Below, in pieces: positions 1 through 10,090 of a DNA stretch of 64,000 bases. The notes below the pieces were generated by a model, which was given only the letters and a program-made list of their open reading frames with translations, was not told the DNA's origin and did no database searches. The stretch is taken from assembly GCA_020718085.1 (NCBI GenBank), contig DYDB01000001.1, positions 117,902 through 181,901 of the forward strand. Reading direction: 5' to 3'. The stretch comes from Micavibrio sp. (GTDB taxonomy: Bacteria; Patescibacteriota; Minisyncoccia; Moranbacterales; GCA-2747515). The translations under genes were made by a program, and so were the position numbers. Within the stretch, counting starts at the first letter, position 1, and each line of letters opens with the position of its first letter.

Positions 1-45
1 CTCCATGACATAGCTAAAGAGGATGACGAATCACGTCACGCATAA
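1..45 (+). CDS. 3' end of an upstream gene (partial)
   Basis: Open frame LHDIAKEDDESRHA* runs from the window edge to TAA and is followed by a terminator hairpin. Confidence 0.35.
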   Translation, partial: LHDIAKEDDESRHA

Positions 46-61
46 GAGGCGTGTCACACAA

Positions 62-104
62 AAACAGGGAAACAAAATTGTATTTTTGTTTCCCTGTAAT
101 TTTT
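62..104. terminator. Likely bidirectional intrinsic terminator
   Basis: ACAGGGAAACAAAA...TTTTGTTTCCCTGT inverted repeat between convergent genes. Confidence 0.65.
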
Positions 105-2317
105 TATGAATTCTTTGCAAGTTTATCTGGACGATGATTCGGACAGGTTTTGTCACTGCATCTCTCGGGAATTGTTTTGGTGCCTTCCATCATGAGAGCG
201 CCACATGTCTGCCCATCCTTGTCTTCGCGTTTGTAGGCACATGTTTTTCCTGTTGGTTTGGTTTTGATCGCATTTTTACATGTTGGATATTCACTGCAAC
301 TATAAAAGATCCCAAATCGTCCACTACGCTCCACCATCTCACCCTTGCCACACATCGGACATTTCACGCCTGTTTTTTTCTTCTCAGCTTCCGTAGGATC
401 CTCTTTGATGTATTTGCATTTTGGGTAGTTGGCGCAGGAGATAAATTTACCAAACCGTCCCTCGCGTTCCACAAGTTTACCAGTTTCACACTTCGGACAA
501 GATTCGCCGGTTTCCTTGGGTCCTTGCATTTCTTTGCCATCGATCAATCGTGCACCATCGCAATCGGGGAATTTTTTGCAACTGAGAAATTTACCATTTT
601 TCCCGAGTTTAATGATCATTGGACCCTTGCATTTTGGACAGGTGAATTTGGGATCTGCTTCACCGAGATCAGTTGCCTTGTCCAACTTTGCTTTGGATTT
701 TACATCTTTATGAAACGGCTTATAAAAGTCAGTCAGTGTTTTGACATATTCGCGTTCTCCGCGAGCGATGTCATCAAGCTCATCTTCCATTTCTGCGGTA
801 AATGTATCACTGATATATGTGGCAAAATGTGCAGAGAGAAAATCACTGACAACCTCACCGGTATCAGTCGGTTTGAGAGAGCGTCCTTCTTTTTCTACAT
901 AGCCGCGTGTCTGAATGGTGCGGATAATAGAAGCATAGGTACTTGGACGGCCAATGCCACGTTTCTCCAATTCTTTTACAAGTCCGGCCTCACTATAACG
1001 TGGCGGTGGAGTAGTTTCTTTTTCATCTGAATGAAATTTCACGAGCTTCAATGATTCTTGTGGCGCGATCAGAGGCACTTCAACATCATCCTTGCGAGCT
1101 ACTGGGTCAGCAGAAAGCCATCCCAATGAAATGATACGAGATCCTGTTGTTGTAAAATCAGGGATCTCACCATTGGTGATGTTGGCGGTGATGCGCGTTT
1201 TTTTGATCTGTGCATCGATCATTTGTGATGCGAGTGTACGTGTGCGAATGAGCTCGTAGAGACGTTTTTGATCACTGGTCATACCAGCTTGTTCTACGCG
1301 TAGATCTGAAGGGCGAACGGCCTCATGCGCCTCCTGTGCATTTTTACTTTTTGTTTTGAACATGCGCAATTCATATTGATCTGCGCCGTAGGTAGATGTC
1401 ACAACATTTTTAATTGCTTTGAGAGCATCTTGTGAAAGAGTGGTAGAATCAGTGCGCATATATGTGATATGACCGGCTTCATAGAGTTTTTGTGCTGTTT
1501 GCATTGTGCGTGATGGAGAAAAGCCCAAACGTGATGAGGCAGTTTGCTGGAGCGTTGATGTTGTAAATGGTGCATAGGGGCGACGTTTTTGCATTGATTC
1601 TTTTACATCTGTAATGTGCCACACGCCTTTTTGTCCAACTTTTGCTATGCGCTGCGCCTCTTTTTCATCACGAGGCTCCTCTTTGCATGTGAGTGTGAGA
1701 GGGTCTTTTTTTGTGGTGAGAAAGTCTGCAGAGAGCGTCCAGTATTTTTCCGGGATGAATGCTTGGATTTCTTTTTCGCGTTCTACGATGATACGCAAAG
1801 CGGGAGACTGCACACGACCGGCGGAAAGTCCATAGCGCACTTTTTGCCAAATGATACCCGATAGGTCATATCCCACTAAACGATCCAAGACACGACGTGC
1901 TTCTTGTGCACGGCGCAAATTTTGATCGACTTTTTTGGGGTGGAGAAGAGCGTCATTTACAGCTGTTTTGGTGATCTCATGAAAAACAATGCGTTGCATT
2001 TCTGATTTGGGTATACCGGCATCCTTGAGAACTTCAGCAACATGCCATGCGATTGCCTCTCCCTCGCGGTCCGGATCTGTTGCCAAGTAGATCTCATCGG
2101 CTTTTTTGGCAAGTGATACGAGGTCTTTGACGACCTTTTCTTTGTCTGGAGAAATAACATAGCGCGGTTTGAAGTCATTTTCAATGTCAATTGCATCTTT
2201 ATTGGACTTTGGAAGGTCACGAATGTGGCCAACGCTGGAGGTTACTTGGTAACCTGTGCCGAGGTACTTCTTGATGGTTTTGGTCTTGGAAGGGGACTCT
2301 ACGATGAGGAGTTTCAT
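104..2317 (-). CDS. topA: DNA topoisomerase I (type IA)
   Basis: LLIVESPSK and DPDREGEAI TOPRIM motifs, SAGRVQS, ITYMRTD catalytic Tyr, C-terminal C4 zinc ribbons. Confidence 0.98.
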   Translation of the reverse strand: MKLLIVESPSKTKTIKKYLGTGYQVTSSVGHIRDLPKSNKDAIDIENDFKPRYVISPDKEKVVKDLVSLAKKADEIYLATDPDREGEAIAWHVAEVLKDAGIPKSEMQRIVFHEITKTAVNDALLHPKKVDQNLRRAQEARRVLDRLVGYDLSGIIWQKVRYGLSAGRVQSPALRIIVEREKEIQAFIPEKYWTLSADFLTTKKDPLTLTCKEEPRDEKEAQRIAKVGQKGVWHITDVKESMQKRRPYAPFTTSTLQQTASSRLGFSPSRTMQTAQKLYEAGHITYMRTDSTTLSQDALKAIKNVVTSTYGADQYELRMFKTKSKNAQEAHEAVRPSDLRVEQAGMTSDQKRLYELIRTRTLASQMIDAQIKKTRITANITNGEIPDFTTTGSRIISLGWLSADPVARKDDVEVPLIAPQESLKLVKFHSDEKETTPPPRYSEAGLVKELEKRGIGRPSTYASIIRTIQTRGYVEKEGRSLKPTDTGEVVSDFLSAHFATYISDTFTAEMEDELDDIARGEREYVKTLTDFYKPFHKDVKSKAKLDKATDLGEADPKFTCPKCKGPMIIKLGKNGKFLSCKKFPDCDGARLIDGKEMQGPKETGESCPKCETGKLVEREGRFGKFISCANYPKCKYIKEDPTEAEKKKTGVKCPMCGKGEMVERSGRFGIFYSCSEYPTCKNAIKTKPTGKTCAYKREDKDGQTCGALMMEGTKTIPERCSDKTCPNHRPDKLAKNS

Positions 2318-2453
2318 TATTTAGGGCATTTAAAAAGTAGTATGTGGTGAAGTAATAACTTCACGCACATTTATCTCACAAAATACAATCAAAGTAGTAA
2401 TTTGTCAAATTATTGGCAAAAAATGGTGATAATTACAAGTAGGAAATCTTTGA

Positions 2454-3572
2454 TTACAGAGCAATAAATGTTTGATTACCAATGTTTTTAATAATTCCGT
2501 CAATCTCAAGCATTGTGAGTGTGGTGGAAACCGTGGTTGTATCAAAGTTGGTCTTTTTGATGATATGGTTGATGGATATGCCATCATGTGAGGCAATCAT
2601 ATTATAGACGGTTTTGTGATCAGGATGAGAGAAAGTTCGTTCTTTTTCACTGATTGAAAGAAAAGTATTTTCTTCATGAAAAAGCGTTAATATTTCGGCG
2701 CTTGTGAATAGTGGCGTGGCAATGCCGTTTCTTATAAGCTCGTTGGAACCGGCTGCCTGTGGGGAAAAGATCGATCCGGGGAGTGCAAATGTTTTTTTGT
2801 TGTACGTATGCGCATATGCGGCAGTGATCAATGTGCCAGAGTCTTTGGCTGCTTCGGTGATGAGCGTTGCATCGGCAAGTCCTGCCATGAGGCGATTGCG
2901 GGCAGGAAATGTTCCACGGCTGGGTTTTGTGCCAATGGGATATTCTGATATAATCGTGCCACTGTGATCGAGGATCTTATGCGCAAGTGATAGATGCGAG
3001 CGCGGTGCAAGAGACGCATCATCTACACCGCCGGCAACGATAGCAATTGTTGTTCCGTTATTTTCCAACGTGGTGCGATGTGCGAGTGCGTCTGTGCCAA
3101 GGGCCAGTCCGGATAATACAGTGATGCCACTGCGTGCGATCTCACCTGTGAGTAGCGTGGTCGCGCGTATGCCGTATTCACTGATCTTGCGTGAACCAAC
3201 GATCGCTACAGATGGCGTGGAAAGAGCGTTGATATTGCCCCGTACATACAAGCAAAATGGCGGTTGGGGAATTTCTCTCAATTTTTTTGGGAAATGCGAT
3301 TCAGAGAACACAAGAAGTTTGGTATCTGATCGTGTCATTTTTTCCCATGAAGTGATCGGATCAATGTGTGATCTGTATAGAAGTGTTGCAGAGATCAATT
3401 TTGTAGAAAGTCCTGCAGCAGCCAGCTCTTCGGCAGGCGCATGCCAGGCTGTTTCAAAAGAATCAAAATGATTGGAAAGAAAAAATAATTTTTGTGCACC
3501 AATGCCGGGGATCATGTTGAACGCATTGATGTATATATGATCTTGTGACACGGGATTTGGCACAGTTGACAT
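2454..3572 (-). CDS. dprA: DNA-processing protein DprA
   Basis: VAIVGSR, SGLALGTD, FPARNRLMAGL, SGTLITA motifs; C-terminal wHTH; conserved dprA-topA synteny. Confidence 0.96.
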   Translation of the reverse strand: MSTVPNPVSQDHIYINAFNMIPGIGAQKLFFLSNHFDSFETAWHAPAEELAAAGLSTKLISATLLYRSHIDPITSWEKMTRSDTKLLVFSESHFPKKLREIPQPPFCLYVRGNINALSTPSVAIVGSRKISEYGIRATTLLTGEIARSGITVLSGLALGTDALAHRTTLENNGTTIAIVAGGVDDASLAPRSHLSLAHKILDHSGTIISEYPIGTKPSRGTFPARNRLMAGLADATLITEAAKDSGTLITAAYAHTYNKKTFALPGSIFSPQAAGSNELIRNGIATPLFTSAEILTLFHEENTFLSISEKERTFSHPDHKTVYNMIASHDGISINHIIKKTNFDTTTVSTTLTMLEIDGIIKNIGNQTFIAL

Positions 3573-3616
3573 AAAGTAATAAATTTGTTATTATAGCGAA
3601 CTACCTTTTCAGCATA

Positions 3617-3741
3617 ATATATGTACACAGTTCCGTCTACAGTGGGAAATGTGCAGGTTATCTCCTCCTTACCTGTACGTTCGTTTCCTCGTGACTTTAT
3701 GTGACGGGGAACTATATGTAGATGGAACTGTGGGTATATAT
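3617..3741 (+). ncRNA. Structured three-way-junction RNA (5' leader or sRNA)
   Basis: Outer stem CACAGTTCCGTCTACA/TGTAGATGGAACTGTG encloses two inner hairpins; G-U wobbles favour folding of the + strand. Confidence 0.55.
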
Positions 3742-3773
3742 GTGTATTTTTACATCAAAATAAGGAGACAAAG

Positions 3774-4271
3774 ATGCACGCGTTCGGAATGTTGATGTAT
3801 GGAGTGATATTTTTTATCCAAATTCATTATCCTATTTATATCATAGACAAATTGATCATTGATGATGATCAAGTACAAAGACGAGAATTTGACAGAGATC
3901 AAAAAGCCATGTCGGACGCATTGATGTTGATCAACGAACTTATGTTGGTACATGAGAACGCCCCTCTTGAAAAATGGCCGAAGGATGTGAATGTCAAGCA
4001 AGGAATTCGCTCTGCGTGCCAGGTGACACAGCCACAAGTGGAAAATATGCTTAGAACGCACGCCCTCACATATGAGGGTGGAGTTACTGCGGATCATATG
4101 AAACGAGTGGCTGATCGCATGTCCAAGGCAATCGGATTTTATGCGGATGCAACGGGAAATGATGACGGAAAAGTGTATCTCGGAGAGTTTGAAGACTTTC
4201 TTCGCAGTAAAAACGTTATAGAAAATAACGGCATGTTCTTTCTTCTTTGCTTCATTGAGACGTACAAGTAA
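3774..4271 (+). CDS. Hypothetical SD-led protein with hydrophobic N-terminus and a degenerate EF-hand-like loop
   Basis: TAAGGAGA SD before the ATG; TGNDDGKVYLGEF segment; hairpin after the stop. Confidence 0.7.
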   Translation: MHAFGMLMYGVIFFIQIHYPIYIIDKLIIDDDQVQRREFDRDQKAMSDALMLINELMLVHENAPLEKWPKDVNVKQGIRSACQVTQPQVENMLRTHALTYEGGVTADHMKRVADRMSKAIGFYADATGNDDGKVYLGEFEDFLRSKNVIENNGMFFLLCFIETYK

Positions 4272-4276
4272 AACTC

Positions 4277-4322
4277 AGATCGCTCCGTGCAATCATATTT
4301 GCATAGGGCGATCTTTCATTTT
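4277..4322. terminator. Terminator hairpin between convergent genes
   Basis: AGATCGCTC..TGCAA / TTGCA..GGGCGATCT followed by T-rich sequence. Confidence 0.55.
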
Positions 4323-4879
4323 ATGCAGAAAATTTGTGCGATGATCTCATCGTACACGCGAGTGCAGGTTTCTTGTTCTGCGGAAGAAAGATCTTGAAGT
4401 ACGTACGCTTCGCCGGAAATGTGGCCACGCTCTTTTTTGCCACCTGCGGATTCAATACCGATGCGAATACGCATGAAGTCTTGTGTGCCGAGAACATTGA
4501 TAATATTTTGTACGCCGTTGTGTCCCGCAGCGCGTGTATCATGGGACACCTTGTATTTACCAAGTGTAATGTCAAGGTCATCATGCACAATGATCAAGTC
4601 AGATGGAGATATTTTATAAAATTGCATCACAGAGGCAATCGCAATACCTGAACGGTTCATAAATGTTTGCGGCTTGAGAAGAATGATCTTATCTGTGTTA
4701 CATGGTATGAAACCCTCGCTGGTGTGTGCATCGTGTTTTTTATCGTGTGTGAAGGGTGGAAAATGAAAGTGGTGCGTAAAGTGATCTAAGAATAAAAAAC
4801 CGATATTATGTCGCGTATGTATATATTGCATACCGGGATTGCCGAGTCCGCAGATCAGTTTCATAGAATTATTGTTCAT
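4316..4879 (-). CDS. pth: Peptidyl-tRNA hydrolase
   Basis: GLGNPG, TRHNIG, KPQTFMNRSG, HDDLD, GHNG motifs; true start probably the MKLICG Met. Confidence 0.97.
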   Translation of the reverse strand: MNNNSMKLICGLGNPGMQYIHTRHNIGFLFLDHFTHHFHFPPFTHDKKHDAHTSEGFIPCNTDKIILLKPQTFMNRSGIAIASVMQFYKISPSDLIIVHDDLDITLGKYKVSHDTRAAGHNGVQNIINVLGTQDFMRIRIGIESAGGKKERGHISGEAYVLQDLSSAEQETCTRVYDEIIAQIFCIK

Positions 4880-6500
4880 TAGTATTTAGGAGATTCTCTT
4901 GTTCCAGCTCATCACGAGATATTTCTGTATACGTGTATGTATTGAGGATATCATTTCCAAGCATGATCGCAAAATCTGATGTAATTTTTTTGTCGATGTC
5001 CGTAGCACCTTTTGTTGCAGGAACCTTTTTGATCAATTCATCCAAAGAGAAGGGTTTTGATCCGGATGTGCGATCAACGATCACTGTTGTTTCTTGTGGA
5101 ACAATTTTTTTATTCTTTGGATCAGAAAATACGGTGATACTTTGAAAGCCGATCTTTTTGAGAAGTCCGGATACACGCTCTGGAAGATCCGTGTCGGACG
5201 TAGTGTTGATGAGTGTGATCGTAGGTTCTTCGCCGTGGATGTCTTTTTCGCGTTGTGCAATTTTTTGGAGATCGAAAATGAGCTCTGCGCGTTCGCGAAT
5301 TTCTTTATAATTGCCTGTGCGTGGTGTGAGACCGGAAATGCCACCGCCGGATCCATATTGTCGCGTGCTCATAAGGAGGCTTCCGGGTTGCCATGCATCA
5401 ATTACAACAGTTGTAATGTTTTGGGTATCAAGTTTTTTGATCAAAGCGATGAACGGTTCAATTTCGTTGGGAGAGATATTGGTGTGAATATGATCGCCTA
5501 GTACATCAAATATTTCGGCAATGCGCATAGGATTTACGATTGTGCCAAGAGAGAATGCCTTGTTTTTGGCAGATTGCATGATCTGTTGTTGTCTTTTTGC
5601 GCGACCAAAATCACCTTCGGCATCATGACGTGTGCGAGCGTACTTGAGAGCGGTTTCGCCGTTGAATTTTTGTAATCCAGGATATACTTCGAATGTCTCG
5701 TAGCTGTATCCCGGTCCGGGATAGCGTTCGTCTTTGATATGACTGGGTACATCGACATTGATGCCCTCGAGCGTATCTATAATTTTAATAAAACCCTCAA
5801 AGTCCATGACAACATAATAGTGAATGGTTTGTCCGGTAATGTCTTGTACAATGTTGGTGATATGATCAGCGCCGACATTATTGCGCAGACCAGTTTGATA
5901 TACCGAGTTGATCTTGACATAGCCATAATCTGTTTGCACGAGGAGATCGCGCGGAATAGAAAAAAGTCCAATAGTATAATTTGTGGTGTTGATGCTTGCT
6001 ACCATGATCGTGTCGGTAAGATCTTTGCCGGATTTATGTGTATTCGCTCTGCCAAGAAGAAGAATGTTTATACGCCCACTATCAAATCCATTGAGCGTTT
6101 TGTATGAGTGCGGATTGGCGATATTGGCAAGTGCTTTCATAACTGACGGTTGTTCCTTATCGTCAGATATACGTGCAAGAGTCTCGTTGGTCTTGTGTAA
6201 CACGGCATATCCAGCCCATAGAATGCTTGCAAAAAATGCGATGAACGCAAGCCAAAAAATCCATTTTCCAAAAGAAAAACACCGTCGGGGCTTTTCAGTG
6301 ATCTTGGTGCGACGAATATATTCATCAAATGTCTCGACTGTATGATGCTGTGGTAACGCAGAGGGAGTTGGGGATGTGTTGTTTTTTTGAGATGAGATCG
6401 CTATGCGCGAGGATTGTGGCTGCCTAACGTTTTTGGCAAGTGATGCTGAACGATTGGGTATGGGCATTTTGGTAGATTGTGGGCGCTTAACAATGTCCAT
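4869..6500 (-). CDS. LCP (LytR-CpsA-Psr) family protein with a LytR_C-like C-terminal domain
   Basis: Single TM helix; INILLLG, LTDTIM, SIPRD, ALKYARTRH, DFGRAKRQQ. Confidence 0.93.
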   Translation of the reverse strand: MDIVKRPQSTKMPIPNRSASLAKNVRQPQSSRIAISSQKNNTSPTPSALPQHHTVETFDEYIRRTKITEKPRRCFSFGKWIFWLAFIAFFASILWAGYAVLHKTNETLARISDDKEQPSVMKALANIANPHSYKTLNGFDSGRINILLLGRANTHKSGKDLTDTIMVASINTTNYTIGLFSIPRDLLVQTDYGYVKINSVYQTGLRNNVGADHITNIVQDITGQTIHYYVVMDFEGFIKIIDTLEGINVDVPSHIKDERYPGPGYSYETFEVYPGLQKFNGETALKYARTRHDAEGDFGRAKRQQQIMQSAKNKAFSLGTIVNPMRIAEIFDVLGDHIHTNISPNEIEPFIALIKKLDTQNITTVVIDAWQPGSLLMSTRQYGSGGGISGLTPRTGNYKEIRERAELIFDLQKIAQREKDIHGEEPTITLINTTSDTDLPERVSGLLKKIGFQSITVFSDPKNKKIVPQETTVIVDRTSGSKPFSLDELIKKVPATKGATDIDKKITSDFAIMLGNDILNTYTYTEISRDELEQENLLNTNEQ

Positions 6501-6689
6501 TGCAGTGCAAATATAGTAACGAATATAATAATATTCTAGCACATGTTCTTGTAATCAGTAAAAAATAGTCTGGAATAAATGAGGAATTCTTGCTCTAACA
6601 CGATCTCATATATTATGCTACTATAGTGAGGAACAATTTCATTTCAATAATTCACCAATTACTTGTTACCAGTTATTAGCTACTAAACT

Positions 6690-9035
6690 ATGTTTCTCAA
6701 AAGACTCGAAATTAAAGGATTCAAATCATTTGCTACGGAAACAACATTTGATTTTTCGCCGCGATGCATGGGTTCGCACAAGGACGGTGCGATGCACACG
6801 TGTGGCATTACGGCAATTGTTGGACCAAATGGTTCGGGAAAATCCAATGTGTCTGATGCAGTGCGCTGGGTGATGGGTGAACAATCCATGAAAACCTTGC
6901 GTGGTAAAAAGGGTGAGGATGTGATCTTCTCCGGATCTGAAAAGCGCGGCAAATTATCGATGGCGGAAGTATCTTTGGTTTTTGATAACGCGGACAAGGT
7001 GATGCCGATCGAATTTAATGAAGTGATCGTTTCGCGTAAAGTCTATCGCAATGGTGAGAGTGAATACTTGATCAATGATGCACATGTGCGACTTCTGGAT
7101 GTTGTGGATCTTTTGGCTCGTGTAGGCATCGGGAAAGAGAGTTATTGTGTGGTGGGACAGGGTATGACAGATGCGATCTTGAACGCAACTCCATTGGAGC
7201 GGCGCGAGATCATCGAGGATGCAGCAGGTGTGAAGCATTTTCAGATTCGTAAAGCACGTGCGATCAAAAAATTGGATCGTACAAAGGAAAATTTGGATCA
7301 AGTGCGTGCGATCATTACAGAAGTGACGCCGCATTTGCGTTCATTGCGCAGGCAGGCAGGTAAGGCAAAACAAGGAAAAGAAGTATATGAAGCTCTCAAA
7401 GAATCGCAACGAAATTATTTTGCATTTATGTGGAATAATTTATATGGCGAAAAAGTGCGCTTGGAAGATGAGCGTCAACGTATTGGCATTGAGCTCAAAA
7501 ATGCAGAGCGTGAAGTGGACAAGCTCAATGATCAGATCATGGCGGAGTCCAAGAAAGTAGAGGATGCTGAGAAAATAGAAATATATGAAAAAGAAAAACG
7601 TGCCGTGTATGTAAAACTGCAGTCATTGGAAAAAAAGATCGCAGTGGCGGAAGGACATATTGAAATACAAAAAGAACGGCGTAATCATGAAAAAAAAGTG
7701 CGCAGTATTCCTGTGGACTTGCAGTATGTGCAAAAACAACTGTCAGATATACGTGCCAAACAGGATGCACTCGTAGCGGAACTGGATGCGGTTTTGGACA
7801 TAGGTGAAATAAAAAACATCGTCAAAAAGCTCAAAGCGATCCATAAAGAAGTGGACAGACTTTATGATGATGCAGGAAAAAAGCATGTAGAAGTGGTTCA
7901 GGATGATTATGATGAGCGTGTGAAAAAATACGATGACAAAGTTGCGGAATTGGATGCGGAGATCGTGGAACACACAAAAAATATTGTAGAAATTCGTGCG
8001 GAAATTGAGCGATTGAACCATTTGATCACAGAGGCTGTTGCTGCCGATAAGCATGCGCGCATGCAATTTTTTGCTTTGGAAAAAGAATTGCGAGAAAAGC
8101 AGAGATTGCTTGATGCAATCCGCGAGCGATTTAACGATGTGAAGGTGGAAATTGCCCGTACGGAGGTCCGTGAGGAAGATGTGGTGACGGAGGTGCGGCA
8201 AGAGTTGGGTATCGAAGTGGATGCGCTTGGTGCATGTGTCGATGCAACGGCAACGCGTGAAGAGATGGAACGTGAGATGTATCGATTACGTGCCAAATAT
8301 GAACAGATTGGAGGAATCGATCCGATGGTAATCGAAGAATACGAAGAAATGCAGGAGCGTTTTGATGTACTTGCCAATGAATCAGAAGATCTCACACAAG
8401 CGATCGCGCAGCTGCGAGAAGTGATCAAAGAAATGGATCAAAAGATCCATACGGAATTTGTGTCCGCATATAAAGAAATTAATGTGGAATTCACAAAGTA
8501 CTTTCGTATTTTGTTCAACGGTGGAAATGCAAAATTGAGCAAAATAACCGTTGATGTAACGCCAAAACAAAAGAAAACAGATGAGATTGAGGGTGATGTG
8601 GAATTGGAAATATTGCAAGACGTTGTAGATGAGGAGGAGGGCGAAACACAAAAAACGCAGGGAAAGACCGAAGTGGGTATTGAGATCGTGGCATCCCCTC
8701 CAGGCAAAAAGATCAAGCACCTCTCATCACTTTCTGGTGGGGAGCGATCACTCACATCTGTTGCGATGCTATTGGCGATCATTTCTTACAATCCGCCACC
8801 ATTTACAATTTTAGATGAGGTGGAAGCGGCACTTGATGAGGCAAATTCTCGACGCTTGGCAAAGATCTTTGCAGAGCTTTCACACAAAACACAATTTATT
8901 ATCATTACACACAATCGGGAGACGATGCGACATTCCGATACGATGTATGGTGTAACGATGGGACACGATGGTGCGTCACAGATCCTTTCTGTCAAATTAG
9001 AGCAGATCAAAAATGACGGAGAGATCGAAGCTTGA
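6690..9035 (+). CDS. smc: Short SMC-family ATPase
   Basis: GFKSF, Walker A GPNGSGKSN, Q-loop GQG, signature LSGGE, Walker B/D-loop ILDEVEAALD, coiled coils; only 781 aa. Confidence 0.9.
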   Translation: MFLKRLEIKGFKSFATETTFDFSPRCMGSHKDGAMHTCGITAIVGPNGSGKSNVSDAVRWVMGEQSMKTLRGKKGEDVIFSGSEKRGKLSMAEVSLVFDNADKVMPIEFNEVIVSRKVYRNGESEYLINDAHVRLLDVVDLLARVGIGKESYCVVGQGMTDAILNATPLERREIIEDAAGVKHFQIRKARAIKKLDRTKENLDQVRAIITEVTPHLRSLRRQAGKAKQGKEVYEALKESQRNYFAFMWNNLYGEKVRLEDERQRIGIELKNAEREVDKLNDQIMAESKKVEDAEKIEIYEKEKRAVYVKLQSLEKKIAVAEGHIEIQKERRNHEKKVRSIPVDLQYVQKQLSDIRAKQDALVAELDAVLDIGEIKNIVKKLKAIHKEVDRLYDDAGKKHVEVVQDDYDERVKKYDDKVAELDAEIVEHTKNIVEIRAEIERLNHLITEAVAADKHARMQFFALEKELREKQRLLDAIRERFNDVKVEIARTEVREEDVVTEVRQELGIEVDALGACVDATATREEMEREMYRLRAKYEQIGGIDPMVIEEYEEMQERFDVLANESEDLTQAIAQLREVIKEMDQKIHTEFVSAYKEINVEFTKYFRILFNGGNAKLSKITVDVTPKQKKTDEIEGDVELEILQDVVDEEEGETQKTQGKTEVGIEIVASPPGKKIKHLSSLSGGERSLTSVAMLLAIISYNPPPFTILDEVEAALDEANSRRLAKIFAELSHKTQFIIITHNRETMRHSDTMYGVTMGHDGASQILSVKLEQIKNDGEIEA

Positions 9036-9055
9036 TCCATAATAATGTGAATTTT

Positions 9056-9093
9056 AAAACATGATCCAGTGGTTTTGGATCATGTTTTTGTTT
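9056..9093 (+). terminator. Intrinsic terminator after smc
   Basis: AAAACATGATCCA/TGGATCATGTTTT plus T-tract. Confidence 0.7.
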
Positions 9094-9171
9094 TGACAGG
9101 GCATAGATATGCATGATACGATGTGCTATTGTTCTTTTGTTTATCAATTTATACATACGGAGGATCCAGAA

Positions 9172-9447
9172 ATGCCGAATATTGAACTTCACGGTTTTGG
9201 AGCAGAAAATGGGAAAAACGCGATTCAATTGATGAAAAAAATTTTTACTGGTACGCCATGGCAAGATGATTATGTCACGACGCATGTATTATCTGAAGTG
9301 CAGGATCATCATAGTTGTGAACAGCCATACTTTCGGGTGTTTGGCACTAAGCAAAGTGAAATTGATGCTTTGGCGACAATCTTGGCACAATTGGGTTATG
9401 ACATTGAGCTTATGCCACCAATTAAATTCTTACCAAAGAAAAAGTAA
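9172..9447 (+). CDS. Hypothetical SD-led protein, possible tautomerase-like fold
   Basis: TTGACA-18-TACGAT promoter at 9093, GGAGG SD, starts MPNIELHGF. Confidence 0.7.
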   Translation: MPNIELHGFGAENGKNAIQLMKKIFTGTPWQDDYVTTHVLSEVQDHHSCEQPYFRVFGTKQSEIDALATILAQLGYDIELMPPIKFLPKKK

Positions 9448-9475
9448 AGGTATTCTGTCGTACTCAGTAAAGATG

Positions 9476-9509
9476 AAAGGCTGCAAGAAAATTTTCTCGC
9501 AGCCTTTTA
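9476..9509. terminator. Bidirectional terminator
   Basis: AAAGGCTGC-AGAAA / TTTCT-GCAGCCTTT between convergent ORFs. Confidence 0.65.
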
Positions 9510-9525
9510 CATTTTGTGTAAGATA

Positions 9526-9915
9526 TCACTCTTTTATACGGTTGCGCAAAAGTGAAACGTGATACAGAACACACCATATCATGCATGCAAGTAGCATACT
9601 ACAGCTAAAAATGAGTGCAGTTTTACGATCGATCAATGGTATGGCAAAATGGTGAATGGCCTCGGCTGCATCAACGAGAAAAAAGATCGCGATGCCAATG
9701 CTACACATTATGACCAATCCTTCACAAAATGTGATCAGTGCTATGAGACCCCCGTCATTTTCACAGATCTTCCCGAGGTTAAAATAATCTTTCAACCAAG
9801 GAGGCTGCAATACCGAAGTTTCTGAATTATGAAGAAATTTCCATAAAATGATACATGCGACGGTGATCTTTACAAAAAGCCATCCTGCGGATAACGTCCA
9901 AATGAAAAGGTCCAT
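9526..9915 (-). CDS. Hypothetical SD-led membrane protein
   Basis: GGGAGG SD before ATG 9915; three hydrophobic segments. Confidence 0.65.
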   Translation of the reverse strand: MDLFIWTLSAGWLFVKITVACIILWKFLHNSETSVLQPPWLKDYFNLGKICENDGGLIALITFCEGLVIMCSIGIAIFFLVDAAEAIHHFAIPLIDRKTALIFSCSMLLACMIWCVLYHVSLLRNRIKE

Positions 9916-10090
9916 GACAATGTGCCTCCCGGTGATGAAGTTGATCTTTACATGATAAGAACGATGACATCGTGAATGTATCATTGCATAGTAAATTTTG
10001 CAAATAAAATTCACGATCTGTAAGGAGTGATGCATAATGAGATATAATTTGGTACAATGAGAACAATATATCAGTAATACATTGCAAAAT

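Noticed and set aside
134-1030. Long antisense or shifted ORFs (134-1030, 29967-30764, 52655-53401 and similar)
   Set aside because: They are shadows of well-supported genes and carry no motifs of their own.
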